Origin: Amoebidium appalachense
Taxonomy: Eukaryota > Protista > Ichthyosporea
Direction: 5' to 3'
DNA: 64,000 bases
NCBI GenBank assembly: GCA_963693365.1
Contig: CAVNZM010000006.1
Span: 1,612,001 to 1,676,000, forward strand
The notes beneath the pieces were generated by a model that was not told where the DNA came from, did no database searches, and was given only the letters and a program-made list of their open reading frames with translations. The translations under genes and the position numbers were made by a program. Each line of letters begins with the position of its first letter. Positions within the stretch are counted from its first letter, which is position 1. Positions 1 to 14,622 of this stretch are shown here, piece by piece.

Positions 1-2330
1 CTCCTTGCCCTCTTACCCTTACCCCTCGGCCTCTCTTCCCCCTCGCTATCACTCAGTGCCCGCCTCCTCCTGCCGCCCTCCTCCCCCTCACTCTCACTGC
101 CCCTCCTCTCCCCCTCACTGTCACTGTCTTTCCTTGCCCTCTTCTTTGTCTCCTCCTCTTCATCATCGCTATCAAACAGTGCCCCCATGCGCCCTTTGCC
201 CTGTTCGTCATCAGACTTTGCTGGCGACCCGCTGCGCGACCTCCTGCCCCTGTTGAGGATGCATGGAGATTAGCAGCCCTTCCACCTACCCACACCTTCA
301 CACGAACACTCAAACGCCTCAGTGTTCACCCTTCGGCTTACGGTGAAACAAAGCACACATACCAAATACCAACCCACGACCCCCAACCCCCAACCCACAC
401 AACACCACAAACCATCCACCCACCCACCCACCCACCCACCCACCCACACACACACACACACACCCACACCAACCCACCCAACCCACCCACCCATACCCAC
501 ACACACACACAAACAAGAGATATCCCCACCTCTCGCTGTCGCTTGCATCTGAGCCGCTTGCATTCTTGCGCTGCTTTGGCTTTCTGTCGTCATCCGAATC
601 ACTCTCATCAAACACGGCCCTCTTCTTCAGCGTCTTACGGCCAGACGAGGGCTCATCCTCACTGTCTGAGCCCTTGCCTACACACACACGACGTCAGGGA
701 AAGAAAACAAAGAAAAAATGCCGGAACCAAAACGAAAATCACAGCTAAAGCACAACTATCCCTGGCCAACCCATCTTAGCTTTGAGCTGCCACACAGCTC
801 CTTTTACAAGGGCAAAAAATAAAAAAACAAATAGGCCACAAAGATAAGAAACAAGAAACAGCAGTGGGTCACCTAGACTGTACTTGAGTATCGTAATAAA
901 CCTCAGCAAACCCCATGTCTATAACAGATGGCAGAGCAAGCCAGTCTGTCCAGCGTGTGCCTGTAGTGTCCCTTCCCCTCATCTTGTTCCCCCCTCCCCC
1001 CCCCCCCTCCCCCTCCCCCCGTGTTGTCCCCTGGTGCCCCTTCACACCTCTGTTATTTACCTCCCGTTCTCTATCTACCCTACTCAACTGGTATCCTTCT
1101 GGCTCTCGTGTGCATAGAGAGGTGTGTCCGAGTATGCCTGAGAATCCAGGTAGATGTGCTTTGGGGCATGCGCACAAGCATGCACCACGAGGAACACGGC
1201 GCAAGACGACAAGGAAGGGAAGGGAAGGGGAAAAGACCTACCAGTAGCCCTCTGCGTAGGGCCAACATCATCATCACTGTCCCGCTGCACCTGTGTGGTT
1301 GGAAGGTCGTCCCTATCCCTCTGTCCAGAAAACATGAATCAGCCAACTCCAAAGGTGCAAGTATCTGCCGCTTCCTAAAGACCACGAATGAATTCTTTGC
1401 ATAGCTCAATGGAGCCAACGCTCCCGACCTCAAGGCTCTTCAGGAGGAAAAAGTTTCCAAGAAGAGCTGCAGCCCCACCCACTCTCACCCCTTACCTCCT
1501 CTCCGTGGCCCCCCCTCCACTTCCCCTCCCCCCCTCCCCCTTCTTCTAACCCATCCTCAGTGCCAACACTAACCTGTGTCGGAGAAAGGCCTCGATCGGC
1601 TTGTGTCTCATCACCTGCATGCAGGATTTGGGTTTAGCAACCCACCAGAGTAGCCATGTTCTGCTTCAAACTGCAACATCAGAGACCCAACCTCATAATG
1701 TTTCTGGTAAAACGGGCAAACAGAAAATTAAGCTGAACGAATAGAGTGGGTGAGGAAGGGAGCAAGGGCACAGTAAAGCCGATAACGAAAGCAAACCGTG
1801 TGCAACCTGCAGAGTCTCTCGATTTTCACGCACGTAACAACTGAAAGAAGAACCACTTTCAGAACTTCTTAGCAGCCACTACCCAAACACCGTATATACC
1901 AGTTTGACGTCCGATGTGCACGATGCAGACAGCAAGTAGTTTTTACAAACACAAAGCTGGTAAAATTACTGGCATGTGAGGAAACTACGTGCGTGCAAAA
2001 AGCGCTAACACGGCAAACAAACCAGGAAGCTTGAACTTGACCTGTCCATCATTCATTTCGTTTACTGACACAAGCTCTGAAACGTCAAGAAAACACGCTG
2101 TCTGGAAGCAGCACTGTCAAAGGAAAACGTGCAGCTACAAGCATAACGCAATAACCAGCCACCCCACCTCTGTCTCTCTGTGTTGGGCCCAAGTCCTCCT
2201 GTGTGTCGTCCTCCCTATGTCTCTGGGTGGGGCCGTCATCTTCATCATCACTGCTAAACACACTTCTTCCTTTCCCCTTGCTCCTCTCTCGCTGTGTGGG
2301 AGCACCACCGTCTGAATCGCTACCGCTCAT
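1..2330 (-). CDS. 5' part of a spliced gene encoding an acidic Ser/Asp/Arg-rich nuclear protein (IWS1- or LEO1-like N-terminus); continues off the left edge
   Basis: Phase-consistent GT-AG exons 2330-2168, 1614-1574, 1320-1242, 677-530 and 249-<1 read MSGSDSDGGAPTQRERSKGKGRSVFSSDDEDD...DETQADRGLSPTQ...KKRAVFDESDSDDD...GALFDSDDEEEE. Only low-complexity sequence lies in the window, so the family call is tentative. Confidence 0.6.
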
Positions 2331-2417
2331 GTTTGAAAACGAACAGGTCACAAGACCTTTGAAACGAGTGGGTGTGGCACCTAGCCTATACCTTCAATCA
2401 ATATACGTAAATGCACA

Positions 2418-2459
2418 ACTTTTTTATCCGTAATTCAAACTTTTTTATCCGTAATTCAA
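2418..2459. repeat. Short direct tandem duplication (about 22 bp x2) about 90 bp upstream of the ATG at 2330
   Basis: aacttttttatccgtaattca occurs twice back to back. Confidence 0.75.
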
Positions 2460-2989
2460 GCGTGATGTCTCAATCGCCGTAGAAAACACGACAATGAATT
2501 AACAATCAACTTTGGCAAGAGCGAACAACAGCCCAAAGAAAGTGTAGCTACACGTGTAGTTGGGATAAATAGAACGGTTCACTTGTGCTTGAAGTGAAAG
2601 TGAGACCACAATCACCCAGACTGCGAGCTTTATATAGTGGCCCGGCCTGGACTGAGCCATTCGATTCGATTCTAGCATTCCCGGAGTCGACTCGATCCGA
2701 TTAGCTGAATCGGCCCTTGGATTGGGCCGGCCCGAAAAATGTCATTCGCATACAGATATCCCCCATGTGGATAGACATGTGGATATTGTAAGTTAGTAAT
2801 TGAACTTTCTACTTTAACGAAGGGACGAGCCCTGTACGGGTACTCCAGAGATCTAGAGATCTTACGGCCCTATTATGATAGGTAGGTTGTGCACATAGGT
2901 CACGTGACATCATGAAGGCCCTGTGTGCAGGCGGGCTGAATGATTGTGCCGCAATTAGAGAGATACTGCTCTTAGGGTCAAAGATTTAT

Positions 2990-3033
<44 letters not shown>

Positions 3034-3326
3034 GGGGGGGGGGGGGGAGGGGGGTGCGGGGGTGACAGGGGGGGGGGGGCATGCGCAACTACTTACGGTA
3101 CTACATATATTATACATGACCAACTGATTTCAAGTATTTGCGTACCAACAAGGTTTATGTATTTATTTCTGTGCATGTTTAATTGGGCTCTCTACATGTA
3201 GCTACGGAGTAGATGCATGATGCACGATTCTGCAGTAGAGAAAGCCCTGTGTGTGTGTGTGTGTGTGTGTGTGTGCACGTGTACACATGCGTGGTGGTGG
3301 TGGTGGGGGTGGTTGAGGTGGGGGGA

Positions 3327-3362
<36 letters not shown>

Positions 3363-3883
3363 CGAGATATTATGTACATATTGAGGGCACTCGTTTTTAA
3401 CAGTGGCCCATACATCCAGATTTCAGGCACTGGCTTCTGCACATGCGGTAGCAAGGGGACTCACATGGATCACTTCATACCGTTTAGGTACATCTAAATA
3501 ACTCCGGATCCCACCAATCACCACAGTATTTTAAAAAAGAAAAAAAATATATTAAGTGATATCTATATCTAAAGCAACCGTATGTGTAGTTGTATACAAT
3601 CAGCAACTAGCAATCTATTCGTTCCCAAACCCGGCGGTCTGCTATTAAGTAATGAGCCAAAACATACGACGAAAACCACTGCCAACAGACCGAAACCCAT
3701 CCAAGCAAGAACACTCAGCAGAAAGGTTTTGGATTGCGCACGTTCGTACATAATACAAAATCAACAGCAAGCACCTAGTAAGACCATACATCATTCGACA
3801 CGTTTCTGTGTGAACGCTCTATCGCGTGTTATTCTTTTTTTTTTCCTACCACATCATTCGCATTCTACTTTCTAGCCATACAT

Positions 3884-4056
3884 TCAATCACGACGGAGTT
3901 TCTCTTCGTTGTCACAGCGAGCCTCAGGGTCGATGGTGCTTTGTATTCCCTGTGCAACGGTCACGGTCAGCACACACGAAAACCGTGATATATTTGTTGA
4001 TATAGAGGAGCGCGGATGAACCACACCTAGACATCATATCTTGCACAACTACACAG

Positions 4057-4110
<54 letters not shown>

Positions 4111-5287
4111 AAAAAAAAAAAAAAAAAAAAAAAAAAAAACATTCCCCCCTTCCCACATTCTCAAAAAAAAAAAAAAAAAAGGAGAAGAAGAAAAGCTAGG
4201 ATACAAGGAAAACAGACGAAACCAGCCCCTTTCGAAAACCCACCACATTTCTCCCACACCACCATCACCATCATGGTCACCTCCCGGCATAACACGTCCA
4301 GCAGTACGAGGCCCGGAATGCAGATGTCAACTTGTGGCCCAGATGTGTCCGTGCACGTACCAACAGCACAAAGCAACCCCAACAAGAATGAAACCCGATG
4401 AGCCAACACCTAGCAACAGATACATTACACAGAACGAAATAACGCCAAGCATGCAGTGGGTGACCGATCGAACGATACCTGCAGGGTGCGGTTGATGGCA
4501 TTTGTGACACCAATGGCTGGGCGGGTGAACACCACCGGCACGGCCCTGACCACCCTGCGCACTGCACCTTGCGCCCCTGCACAGTACAGCCCATGCCGTC
4601 AGCATTAGACACAAAACAACTCATATTAGTCTGGCATGCACCGTCTGGCCATGCCACTCGGCCCACCATCAGAATCTGCCTTCCTGATGCAGGAGGCCCT
4701 TATTGCAGAGGGTCGGGTGTTGTTTGAAAGAGGGGGGTGGGCGTAGCCCCAGGGAAGGAGGGGAGGGAGTGGGGGTGGGGTTGGGGTGGGGTTGGGGTGT
4801 GGGGGGGGAGTTGTTGTGAGACGTAAGGTGATGAGCAATGACTCCATGTGGCACACCCCTTCTGTGTGTGTCTGTTAGGCAGGTTTTTTTGGGACAGGGA
4901 TTCTGAATGAGGGGGAGGGGGGGGGGGGGGGGGGGGGTGTTAGCGTTACCGGTTTGCTGGTACTCAGCCACGGGCCAAAGCAGCAATTTGGTGGCAGTGG
5001 TCGAGAGCTCTCGGCTGAGACTGTCGTAGGCACCGTACACACCTGGGATCAGGGTTAGTCTTGATTGACATATGTAGTGCATATGGAGAGGGGTTGCATG
5101 CAGGCGAGATAGATGTGTAGTGCGCTTACCAACAGGGACCTACAGAACGAGGAACACATATATGGCAAAAGAACCAGAAGCAAACAGTCATGGTCTAGAA
5201 CATCAACCACTGTTATGTCCAAGATATTCATCCATGTGCATGCAAATGCTAAGTATTTGCCTTCTCCTTTTCTTCTTCCCGGGGGCG

Positions 5288-5330
<43 letters not shown>

Positions 5331-5941
5331 TCCCGAATGCCAAGTGTGTAGCCACCCAATAAAGAGCATCTTGCATTGCAGTGCAGTATAACGGTCGAAG
5401 GCGTTGGGGTGTGCGTGCGCAGGGGGGGGGGGGGGGAGGGGGGAGAGGGGGAGAGGGGGAGGAGGGAGGGAGGGGAAGTTGGTTACCCTCAGTAAAGGTT
5501 GAGGGCTGCTGGCCATAGCGTGTGCGTTGAGTAGCCGACTGGGTGATGGGGCTAGTCCTTTGGGCCTGGGTGTCTGTCGGGGCATCGGGGGCCAAGATGG
5601 TATCCACCACCTCAAGAAAAGTCGTGGCTCCCGATGTAAGACTGGTGGTCAGACCGAGAGCCTCCCTGCCAACATTGCGCACAAAACTGGCCACACCTCT
5701 CTGCAACCTGCACGGGAGGGGGGAGGGGGGATGGGGAGGGGGGGGGGGGGGGGGGGGGGGGTGGAGGTGGGGAAGGGGGGGATGGGGGTGGAGGTGGGGA
5801 GGGAGGGGTGGGAGGGGGGGGGGGGGGGGGGGATAGGTGGGTGAAAGGGGTGGGTGAGTGAGGTGGGGTTACGAGTGGAAAGGTGGATGGTGAATGGGTG
5901 TGTAAATGGTGGTGGTGGTAAGGTAGCCGGGGGAGGTGGGT

Positions 5942-5978
<37 letters not shown>

Positions 5979-6680
5979 GCCACAGCTAGTAGCACAGGGT
6001 ACTAACTGTTAGGAGAATATACGGGGCATCTGGGAAGAGCGGAGGGGGGTTTGGAGGGGGGGGGGGGGGGGGTATTAATGAAGAAACTCGGCGCATTGGG
6101 CAGGAAGGGAGGAGAAAAGGAGGGATTGGGGGGGGGGGGGAGATAATAACGAGCAACGAAAAGTTTGCTACATGCACTTTGAGCCCGAACACCGCCAGAA
6201 ATGCGCTGCATGATCACTGTGGGAGAGAGACAGAGAGAGAGACTGTATGTGTGTAGACCTACCCGGGCATAAGGCGCTGGTCCCTGCTGTACTGCTCCAC
6301 TGGGTGGCGCACAAGATCAACCACCCCCGTGCTCACGTTGACCAGTGACCGGATAGGCCCAATCCCTGCGCACCAATGGGCGTCAGGGCTGGCCCATAAA
6401 ATATGCAACATATTGACCTGTCCGACTTAACACACACCCTGTCACGTGTGTTGTATGTATGGTTATTCTTTCCCCCCTCCTCCACCCCACCCTTCCACAA
6501 ACACACACAGTACCGGTGGGCCATGCACACACGCATTTATCCGCCCACATCCACTTAATCCCCCCCCCTCCCCCCCCCCCCCCCTCCTCGAAGCACCACA
6601 ACACCTTCACTTAGCCGCCCAAAATATGAGGAAATGAATAGTCCACATTTTCCAAAAGATATGTGCATGTTAAGGTGTGT

Positions 6681-6716
<36 letters not shown>

Positions 6717-7226
6717 CTGTTACCAGTAATTAACTTAGGCAGCTGAGTCTGACGTATGTGGGGCAGCCAAGCAGCCAGCACGGCATCAGGCAGTCTAGCA
6801 GGCCCTTGGATCCCAGCAACCTTCACCTCGGGCAGATCCACAGACGCACCACGCACCCCTCCAACCAGCGCAACTAAATTTAGCAATTCCGCCATGTTTC
6901 CGTTGGTCAGGCGGGTGAAATCCACACGTTTGCCACCGTAATCCAGGCGCACTTTGAATGCCTGCACGTTTGCATACTGGATGTAGGGGCCGGAATTTTT
7001 GGGGTTCTTTTTCCTGCGGCCGTGCAGTGGCGCCGCGGTGGAGGTTGGGCCTGTGGTTGGTGGTGGCTGCGTGGGGGTGGCGGTGGGGCTTTGGCTGGCG
7101 CGAAATGGGGTGGGGAGCATTGCCGGGGGATTTGCAGGTGCCGAGTCAGCTGCAGACCTGAGAGAGAGAACGTAAAAAACTTGATATTCCCAACTTGAAG
7201 GTGAGGGTGTAAGGGTTAACCCCCAA

Positions 7227-7263
<37 letters not shown>

Positions 7264-7362
7264 CTAACAACTTTTCAGGTCGTTATTGGGGGCATGTGCG
7301 GGCTGGTATGGGTGAAAAAAGGGTGGGGGAAAGGGGAAAGAAGAAGTGTGTGTGTGTGTGGT

Positions 7363-7400
<38 letters not shown>

Positions 7401-7775
7401 ATTGCAGAACGCATGGGAGTAGGGAATGGGGAGACGTGGGGTGAGGCGAGAGGGGAGAAAGACTTCCATACCCAATGATTGAGATACCGTGCATGGCATC
7501 AAGCAGCGGGCAAGGGGTGGAAGGTGTGTGTGATCAGGGTCAGAGGTAGGGCGGCAGGAGTCGATAGACAAAAACGTGGCATACCACACACATCCATACA
7601 CAAACCACATCCACACACGAGTAAAAAGCAGCAACCACCACTACCAATCATACCCATGCATGTACCCACACCATGCGACAGCACCAGGCAGGTTCACAGA
7701 CTCGATAGAAAGGCGAGCTGGAAAAACAAATGCAAGCTGTGCCGTTGTGTTTTTTTGGGTAGGAGGGCATAGGGA

Positions 7776-7816
<41 letters not shown>

Positions 7817-9252
7817 TACATACGCTGAAAAGAAAGTGACGAGCATATCCATGGTGTCCTGGTGCACGTTGAAGAGAATGGGCAGCACCACTAGCTTGAG
7901 CCTCACCTCAACATCAGAACGCTCGGGCCTAGGACGTACCCCAGCCATTTCACATCGTACCATGGGGGTCCCTGGGTGGGGCAAGATTAATCAACAAATT
8001 TGTATATACTCATTTTTGTTAGTAGGTTCGGATGTGCATGTGGTGAAGTATTTGTGGTGCACTACAATCAAAACAGGGTGAAACGTGGAATAGCTCACAC
8101 ATAGTCGTCAGGTTTTCAGTGATTAATTTACTTTTTTCACCCATCTTCATAAGATGGCAGTCACAATTGTGTCTTATCACTCACAGGCACATCACCTTTC
8201 CTCACATCCGTAACACGTGTGTGGTGTGAGTGTGGATGGATGCCTTGTGCTTGTGGCAATATGTCCCTGTGTGTATGCATGTGCATGTGTGGCCGTACCG
8301 GTGTGCCTGTGTGTAGGCGGGCCACCGTTAGCGTGTGTGCGTATGTACGTGTGCGCACGTGAATGTGATTTCTCTCTGTGTGTGTGTGTGTGGTGGTGTA
8401 CCTGGGGCCCTAGGATGCATGTCTGAGCGCCAGTAGCACAGCAACTTGTTGCGGTCTGACGTGGCCACCCTATCCACCGCCTCAATGTCAAGGTGAAGCC
8501 GGCCCCGCCACGCATACTGCTTGCCTGCACCCAGATATCAGCGAGGAATAGAAACTTACATCGGGTTATAAAAAGCGGGACGAAAGGGTGGGGGGTCGAA
8601 GCCTGAAAATTAACAGCTAGGGGAGGTATGGAATATGTGTTGGAGTTTCAGGTGGTGTTAATGGGCTCTAACCATTTACTAAACCAACATTCTCGTGAAT
8701 TTATCAAAGAGTTACTTGTTGAGCTCTAAGTGCACGGGTCTTATAGTATTGTGCTAAAGCATCGGTGCGTCAAAAAAACCACATCCCCACTGTATGTAGA
8801 ACCACACAGGAAACAAGGACCTACCCTCGGCATACTGCTGGAAGTCCGCATTCAAACCCTGCACCATCACCGTCACAAGCTCACCACCATTGCGCCCACT
8901 GGTCTTCTGTGGGGTTAATATATCAGCACTGGCTGCCTATGTTGGTACATAGTTCATGCATTTATCATGAATGTCATTGGTTGTATATCACTATCCGTGC
9001 TCTGAAAAATGTACTGATAAGTTACGCGATAATGTTCGTCTAATAGTCTAAAAAGAAACATATAAAAGGGGCAGGGAGAAGGGGGGGGAGGGGGGGGGGG
9101 GGGGGGGGGCACTTGGGCAGAATACCATTGTGAAATTCGCTGCAATTCCAGACTTAGCCAGATAATGGTGTGATTGAGCTGCGACAGATTGGGAAGAGCA
9201 GAGCCACAGGGAATGTATTCATACGTGGCTCCATCGACTGAAGAGGAGAAAA

Positions 9253-9284
<32 letters not shown>

Positions 9285-9622
9285 CTACGGCCCTTTTAAA
9301 ACTTGTGTTCAAATGCAAGGAAGAAAAAAAAGCTACCTACCGGATCATTGGTCCAATCGGTGCCGCCGTAGAGGTTGACAAAGACACTGCCGTCACACAT
9401 GCGGATGCGCACTATGGGCTCAAGTGTGCTGCCACCGGGCTGCAGGTGGGAGAGTTATGTGCATGCACGTATGCACAAGGACACGGGAACACACATTAAA
9501 CCACAAGTCGAAGGCATATAATTTGTTTGGTTTTTGCTTTTTAGACAAAGGGTGATGAATGTAAAAAAGTGGGGAGAAAGCTCTTTGTGTGCTTGTAAGC
9601 TTGTGTGTCTGTCTGTGTGTAT

Positions 9623-9677
<55 letters not shown>

Positions 9678-10971
9678 TGGGCGTGTGTGTGTGTGTGTGG
9701 GGGGGGGGATATAGTCTGTTACGAGAGCAAAAAGTACACCTTCACGATGCACAACCCACGCTTGCAAAAAATGTCACATACACAAAGAGTATACACCATG
9801 AGCACAGCCCATTCTCCAGGGCGCATCCGGGCCGAGGGGAGGGGGGGGGAGAAGGGGGGGGGGGGAGGGGGGAGAGAGAGGGGAGGGGGGAGGGGGGGGG
9901 GGGGGGGGGGGGCTGGGGGTGTTTTGTCATGCCTGTGGGTCTGGGTCATCTGGAGGTACAGCAAAGTGGTCTTCGTGGAAGTCAAATCTGTCTTTGAGCA
10001 GAAAGTCTTCTTCAAGCACGTGCACTTGGTCTTCAACGGTCATGCGACGGGTACGTGAAGGCGGCACCTGATTGGGTGCCACCCTTAGTATAGTAAATAG
10101 GCAGATTGGGGTCTGTGTGATTGGCCACTGTCGCCCTCACCATATCCTTTAAGTATAGCAAATGGAAATGTGGGGGTCTGTGTGATTAGTAACCATCATC
10201 TCACCAACCACACCCTGTTAGTATTGCAAAAAGGAACAGTGGGGTCCGTGTGATTGGTAACCATCACCCCAATCTCCCTCACATCTTGTACACATGGTCC
10301 AAAGTGTGCCATCCCAGGCCTCCAGTGATAGCACACTGTGATCCTATCCTCCTCCCCACCACCTATCTGTGCCATATCTCAACTAGCCAAGTCCAACTCA
10401 CTACCAGGCCACACTGAACAACCCCCCCCCCTCCTCCCCCTCTTCTCCCTCCGAAGAAAAGAAGAGATAAAATGGAAAGAAAGGAAGGAAGGAAGGAATG
10501 AAGAAAGAATAAAAAGCACGTGCGCTGTCGCTGAGCACCACTAAGTTATTTACCCATTTCCACCCACTCCCCCCTCCCCCCTCCCCCCTCCACCACCACC
10601 ACTACCATCTTTCCCTCTCCCCTTCCTATTTTCGACCTTGCCCTCCACCCCCTCACCCAACTTCATCCTCGTACACCATATACCCATCGTGTGCACCCAC
10701 CCACCTCTGGCAGTGAGTCATAGTGCACAAACTCATACGTAGCATCCAAATCTTCCTCCCGTTTGGGGCTTTTGGCCATCAGATCGACCTCTGCAAGATC
10801 ATCCAGACTATCATCGAGTAGAGACGGCTGGATGGGGCCTGGGTGCCGCATGGATGGGGACGCGTCTAGATGCAATGCTTGGGTTAGCATAGGTTATACA
10901 CTGGCTGGTGAAAAACAAGGGAGATGTGATGTTTTCATCCGATTGCAAAACGATACTCGTGCTCTCTTGTC

Positions 10972-11014
<43 letters not shown>

Positions 11015-11145
11015 CCCCGAGGGGAGCAGGCAGAATGGCCGAGGGACCACACACAGATGTTCAGATAGGAGGTTACAGAGGGAAGTGCACATAACCAACC
11101 GAAGGAGTGCAATGGGGGAGGTCTTTGTGGGTTCATGCCGTTTTG

Positions 11146-11202
<57 letters not shown>

Positions 11203-13240
11203 GTGCGCGCGTGCGCATGCATGCGTGCTATTCGTGTGTGCAATGCGTGGCATGGTGTGCGTGGTGTGGCGTGTGTGCATGTGTGTGTATGTATATGTGT
11301 GTAAAAGGGTAGAAGGGTACATTTCACACCTGGAAAGTGCAGCAGGGCAGGGACCTCAGTGTCCATGCGGTCAGTGAGGGAGTCGTGGAGCAGCAACTGG
11401 GCATCAGCTGGGTGGAAGGCAGACTGCGGCACACCCTCTACCTCCCTGGTGGGGTACAATGTGAGGGTGTTAGTGAGCATATAAGCATTAGTTTCGGCTG
11501 CTGAGCGCGTGAAACTCTTGGTGTGACCCGAATTGAAGAAATTAAAATTACGAAACTTGCAATAAAAGTATATTTATGGCCTTCACACGATTTCAGATCG
11601 GCTAAGTTCAAAATTCAGCCGATCGACCACTTTCGAATCGGGTCAAAATGGAATGACGTCATTGCAATTCCAAAATCTTATCGAGAGGCAGAATCCGAAA
11701 AAATCCGTCCAAGTCTTTGCGAATCCGCATCGCGTTAATAGTGTAGCGGTAGCGAGCATTCGCGTAATCAAGGCGAGCAAAGTTACAGCTTCCTAGAATA
11801 TACTTTTAAAATAATTCTGCGACTTGCAAGAAAAACCACCAGCAGGACAAAAAAAAACTCCAGGGTTCGACCCGAAACTCCGGCCACCTGAACCTGGCCA
11901 ATTTGCTTTCTGCCAATCAGATCGCGGATAAATAGACATATCAGAAATGCCTCAAATCGGGCATTACCGTAAGGTCACCAATAATTACCAATTGTAAGAT
12001 AAAATGGCTTTTACCCCCTCGTACTAATACCGTATTATTACCAGGGACCACCACTTCAAGTCGGCAAAATGTTGGTGTTATTACGGACATAAAAGTTTGT
12101 AGTGATTCGTTAATTATGATTAATAAATGTTATAAACAATATGATTCGTTACAAATCACGTCTACAAAGGTTGGCTGATGCTTCAGGCCTATATATGTGA
12201 TTGCAAACTCCAATATGAATACATAAATAGGCAGCCATGCAGATCTGCTATTCCTGTGTTTTTTCGTTCAACAATTTTGTTGTAAGATAACAATCATAGC
12301 ACATGCATGCATTTATGTATATTTACATATGCACACTTTTATACAATAGAGATGCATACATATAAGCGCATGCATTCATATGTATATATAAATATATATC
12401 TTTGCATGTATGCATACGCATAGGTACATGCTTATATGTATACGTACGTACATGTACATATGCATGCAGTTCCAAGCTTCCTATGTGCTCGTCACTAAAA
12501 TATTCTGTAACAGTGTTTTTTTATTATTTTCTTAAAGGTTTATATCACCTAATTTCAATACTAAGTGGGTAATAACATCGCTCTATTACGGGTGATAGGA
12601 TGGTACTACCACCAAATCTATTACCAAAATATACACACCCGAAAATTTGGCAGGCGGCGTATTATTACCGTAATAGTATTGGATGATCGGCCGATTCGCG
12701 TCCTAATCCTAAGGTAATAATCGGTACTATTACGGTATTATTGAAAACGGTAATATTACCGACCTAATTGCGCGATATAGGGTGTTTCTCTATAAGTTAC
12801 TTATATGAATCGAAATTGCTTTCGGATTTCTGATTGGCTACAGGCTTTCAGCAGCCGGAATCATGCTGAGCATAGATATGAAACGAGGTAGATGCACTGT
12901 GAAAGGGAGGGGGTTGTGTCGTAGGTAGTGTGTGCTGTATGTGAGTAGGTGGTTGTGGGTGGGTGGGTGCATGGATGTGTGGATGCCTGTGTGTGTGTGT
13001 GGGAGAGGGGGGGGGGGGGGGGGGGGGGGTGCGTGCGGGTGTGCATGCGCGTGGGTGGGAGAACATCGGCACGTGCCCGTTTCCATTTATGGGTGTGGGC
13101 GTGCGAGTATGTAATGGGAGGGTGCACAACGCGCATCTATCATGAAATCCAGTCACGTGGGTTGGTGGTGGGAGCCGTGTGTGACAGTAGGAAGGGATTG
13201 GTGGTGGGAGCGGGTTGTGACAGTAGGAAGGGGTGTGTCT

Positions 13241-13271
<31 letters not shown>

Positions 13272-13278
13272 GTATGCA

Positions 13279-13309
<31 letters not shown>

Positions 13310-13817
13310 CGGGGGGGAGGAGAGGGGGGAGGGTTACATTTCGGTGTCAGAATTCGTGTTTGCATAATCCCACTCTTGCATCAGGGCATTGGGTGGCGGG
13401 GCATACAGGTCTTCCACATATGCCCCATCCAACCTAACTAGGGGCTCCTGAATGGGTCTCCTGGGTATGGACACAGACTCCAGCAAAACAGATGCCCCCG
13501 GGTTTCCGGTTTTTGACGATATTCCGGTAATTGTGTAGTCGGTATTTGGGTTGGGTGGCCATCCCCGCTCGATGGTGACTGGTGATGTTTGGGTTGGTTC
13601 GGTCGGGGGTTGTGTGGTTGGTTGAAGTGGAGCCTCGGCATGTGCTTGTGGCATCATTAGAAGTTCGTCGAGTTGTAGGTCCTCCTGTGCGGTGCATGTA
13701 TGTGAGTATGTGGGTGGGTGACGTGGGTGGGTGGCTAGGTCGATAAGTGTGCAATGAGTGGACAGGCAAGAATGTGTTTCCAGACAGTCAGCAACAACAA
13801 GAACGGGGACAAAAAGT

Positions 13818-13851
<34 letters not shown>

Positions 13852-14371
13852 CAGGTAAAAAGAAGGAATCGATGGATGCCCGGATGCAGCTGAAAATACC
13901 TACAATGCACGTAGGTGCCCTCCATTCAAAAAGATGCACAAGGGGGGGATTGCAGGATAGAACAAGGGACCGATGAAATTTGAAAGCAGAGGGCAGAAGG
14001 AGGGGTGGGCGACATGGCTGACTGCTCTGCGCCTAGAAGTGAAATGAAAAGAATAGCACCCAATGGGGGAGAGGTGTGTGTGGGTGTGCGTGTGTGTATT
14101 TCGGGGGCGGAGGGGGGGGGAAGGGAGGGGGGGGGGGGGGGGGGGGAGCACACTGCATGCAGCCAACCTACGCACCTGCACCAGGCCCTCTGCCTCGGGC
14201 ATGGGCTCATCTACCTCCTCCTTCTCCTCACTAACTGCTCACAGCCCCGTTAGTCCCTTGCAACATACTTGAAAAACCACTGACTAGAGCACATAACGAC
14301 CACCAAGCTTCATGTTTGCTCGAAAGTTTGCCAGAAGGGATTAAGAGCCCCAGGAGGAGAAGGAGGGGGAA

Positions 14372-14402
<31 letters not shown>

Positions 14403-14583
14403 GCAAGCGAAGGACAATAGACGGCCGTGTACTGGTAAGGGGAACTGCTAATGAGAGGTAGGAACGAACAGGTGGGGCCCCCGGGAACTGAGAATGGGGG
14501 AAGGGGTGGGCAGGATCGAGGAGCATGGGGTCAAGGTGCTGGTGGTGGTGGTGGGTGGAGGGCTGTGACAGGGGCGAAGGGAG

Positions 14584-14622
<39 letters not shown>

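Noticed and set aside
2638-2735. GC-rich imperfect palindrome upstream of the first gene
   Set aside because: The arms match only over about 10 bp, too weak to call a MITE or structured RNA
11855-11900. tRNA/SINE-like B box (ggttcgacccg)
   Set aside because: No cloverleaf or convincing A box was found; it is noted only as part of the putative transposon
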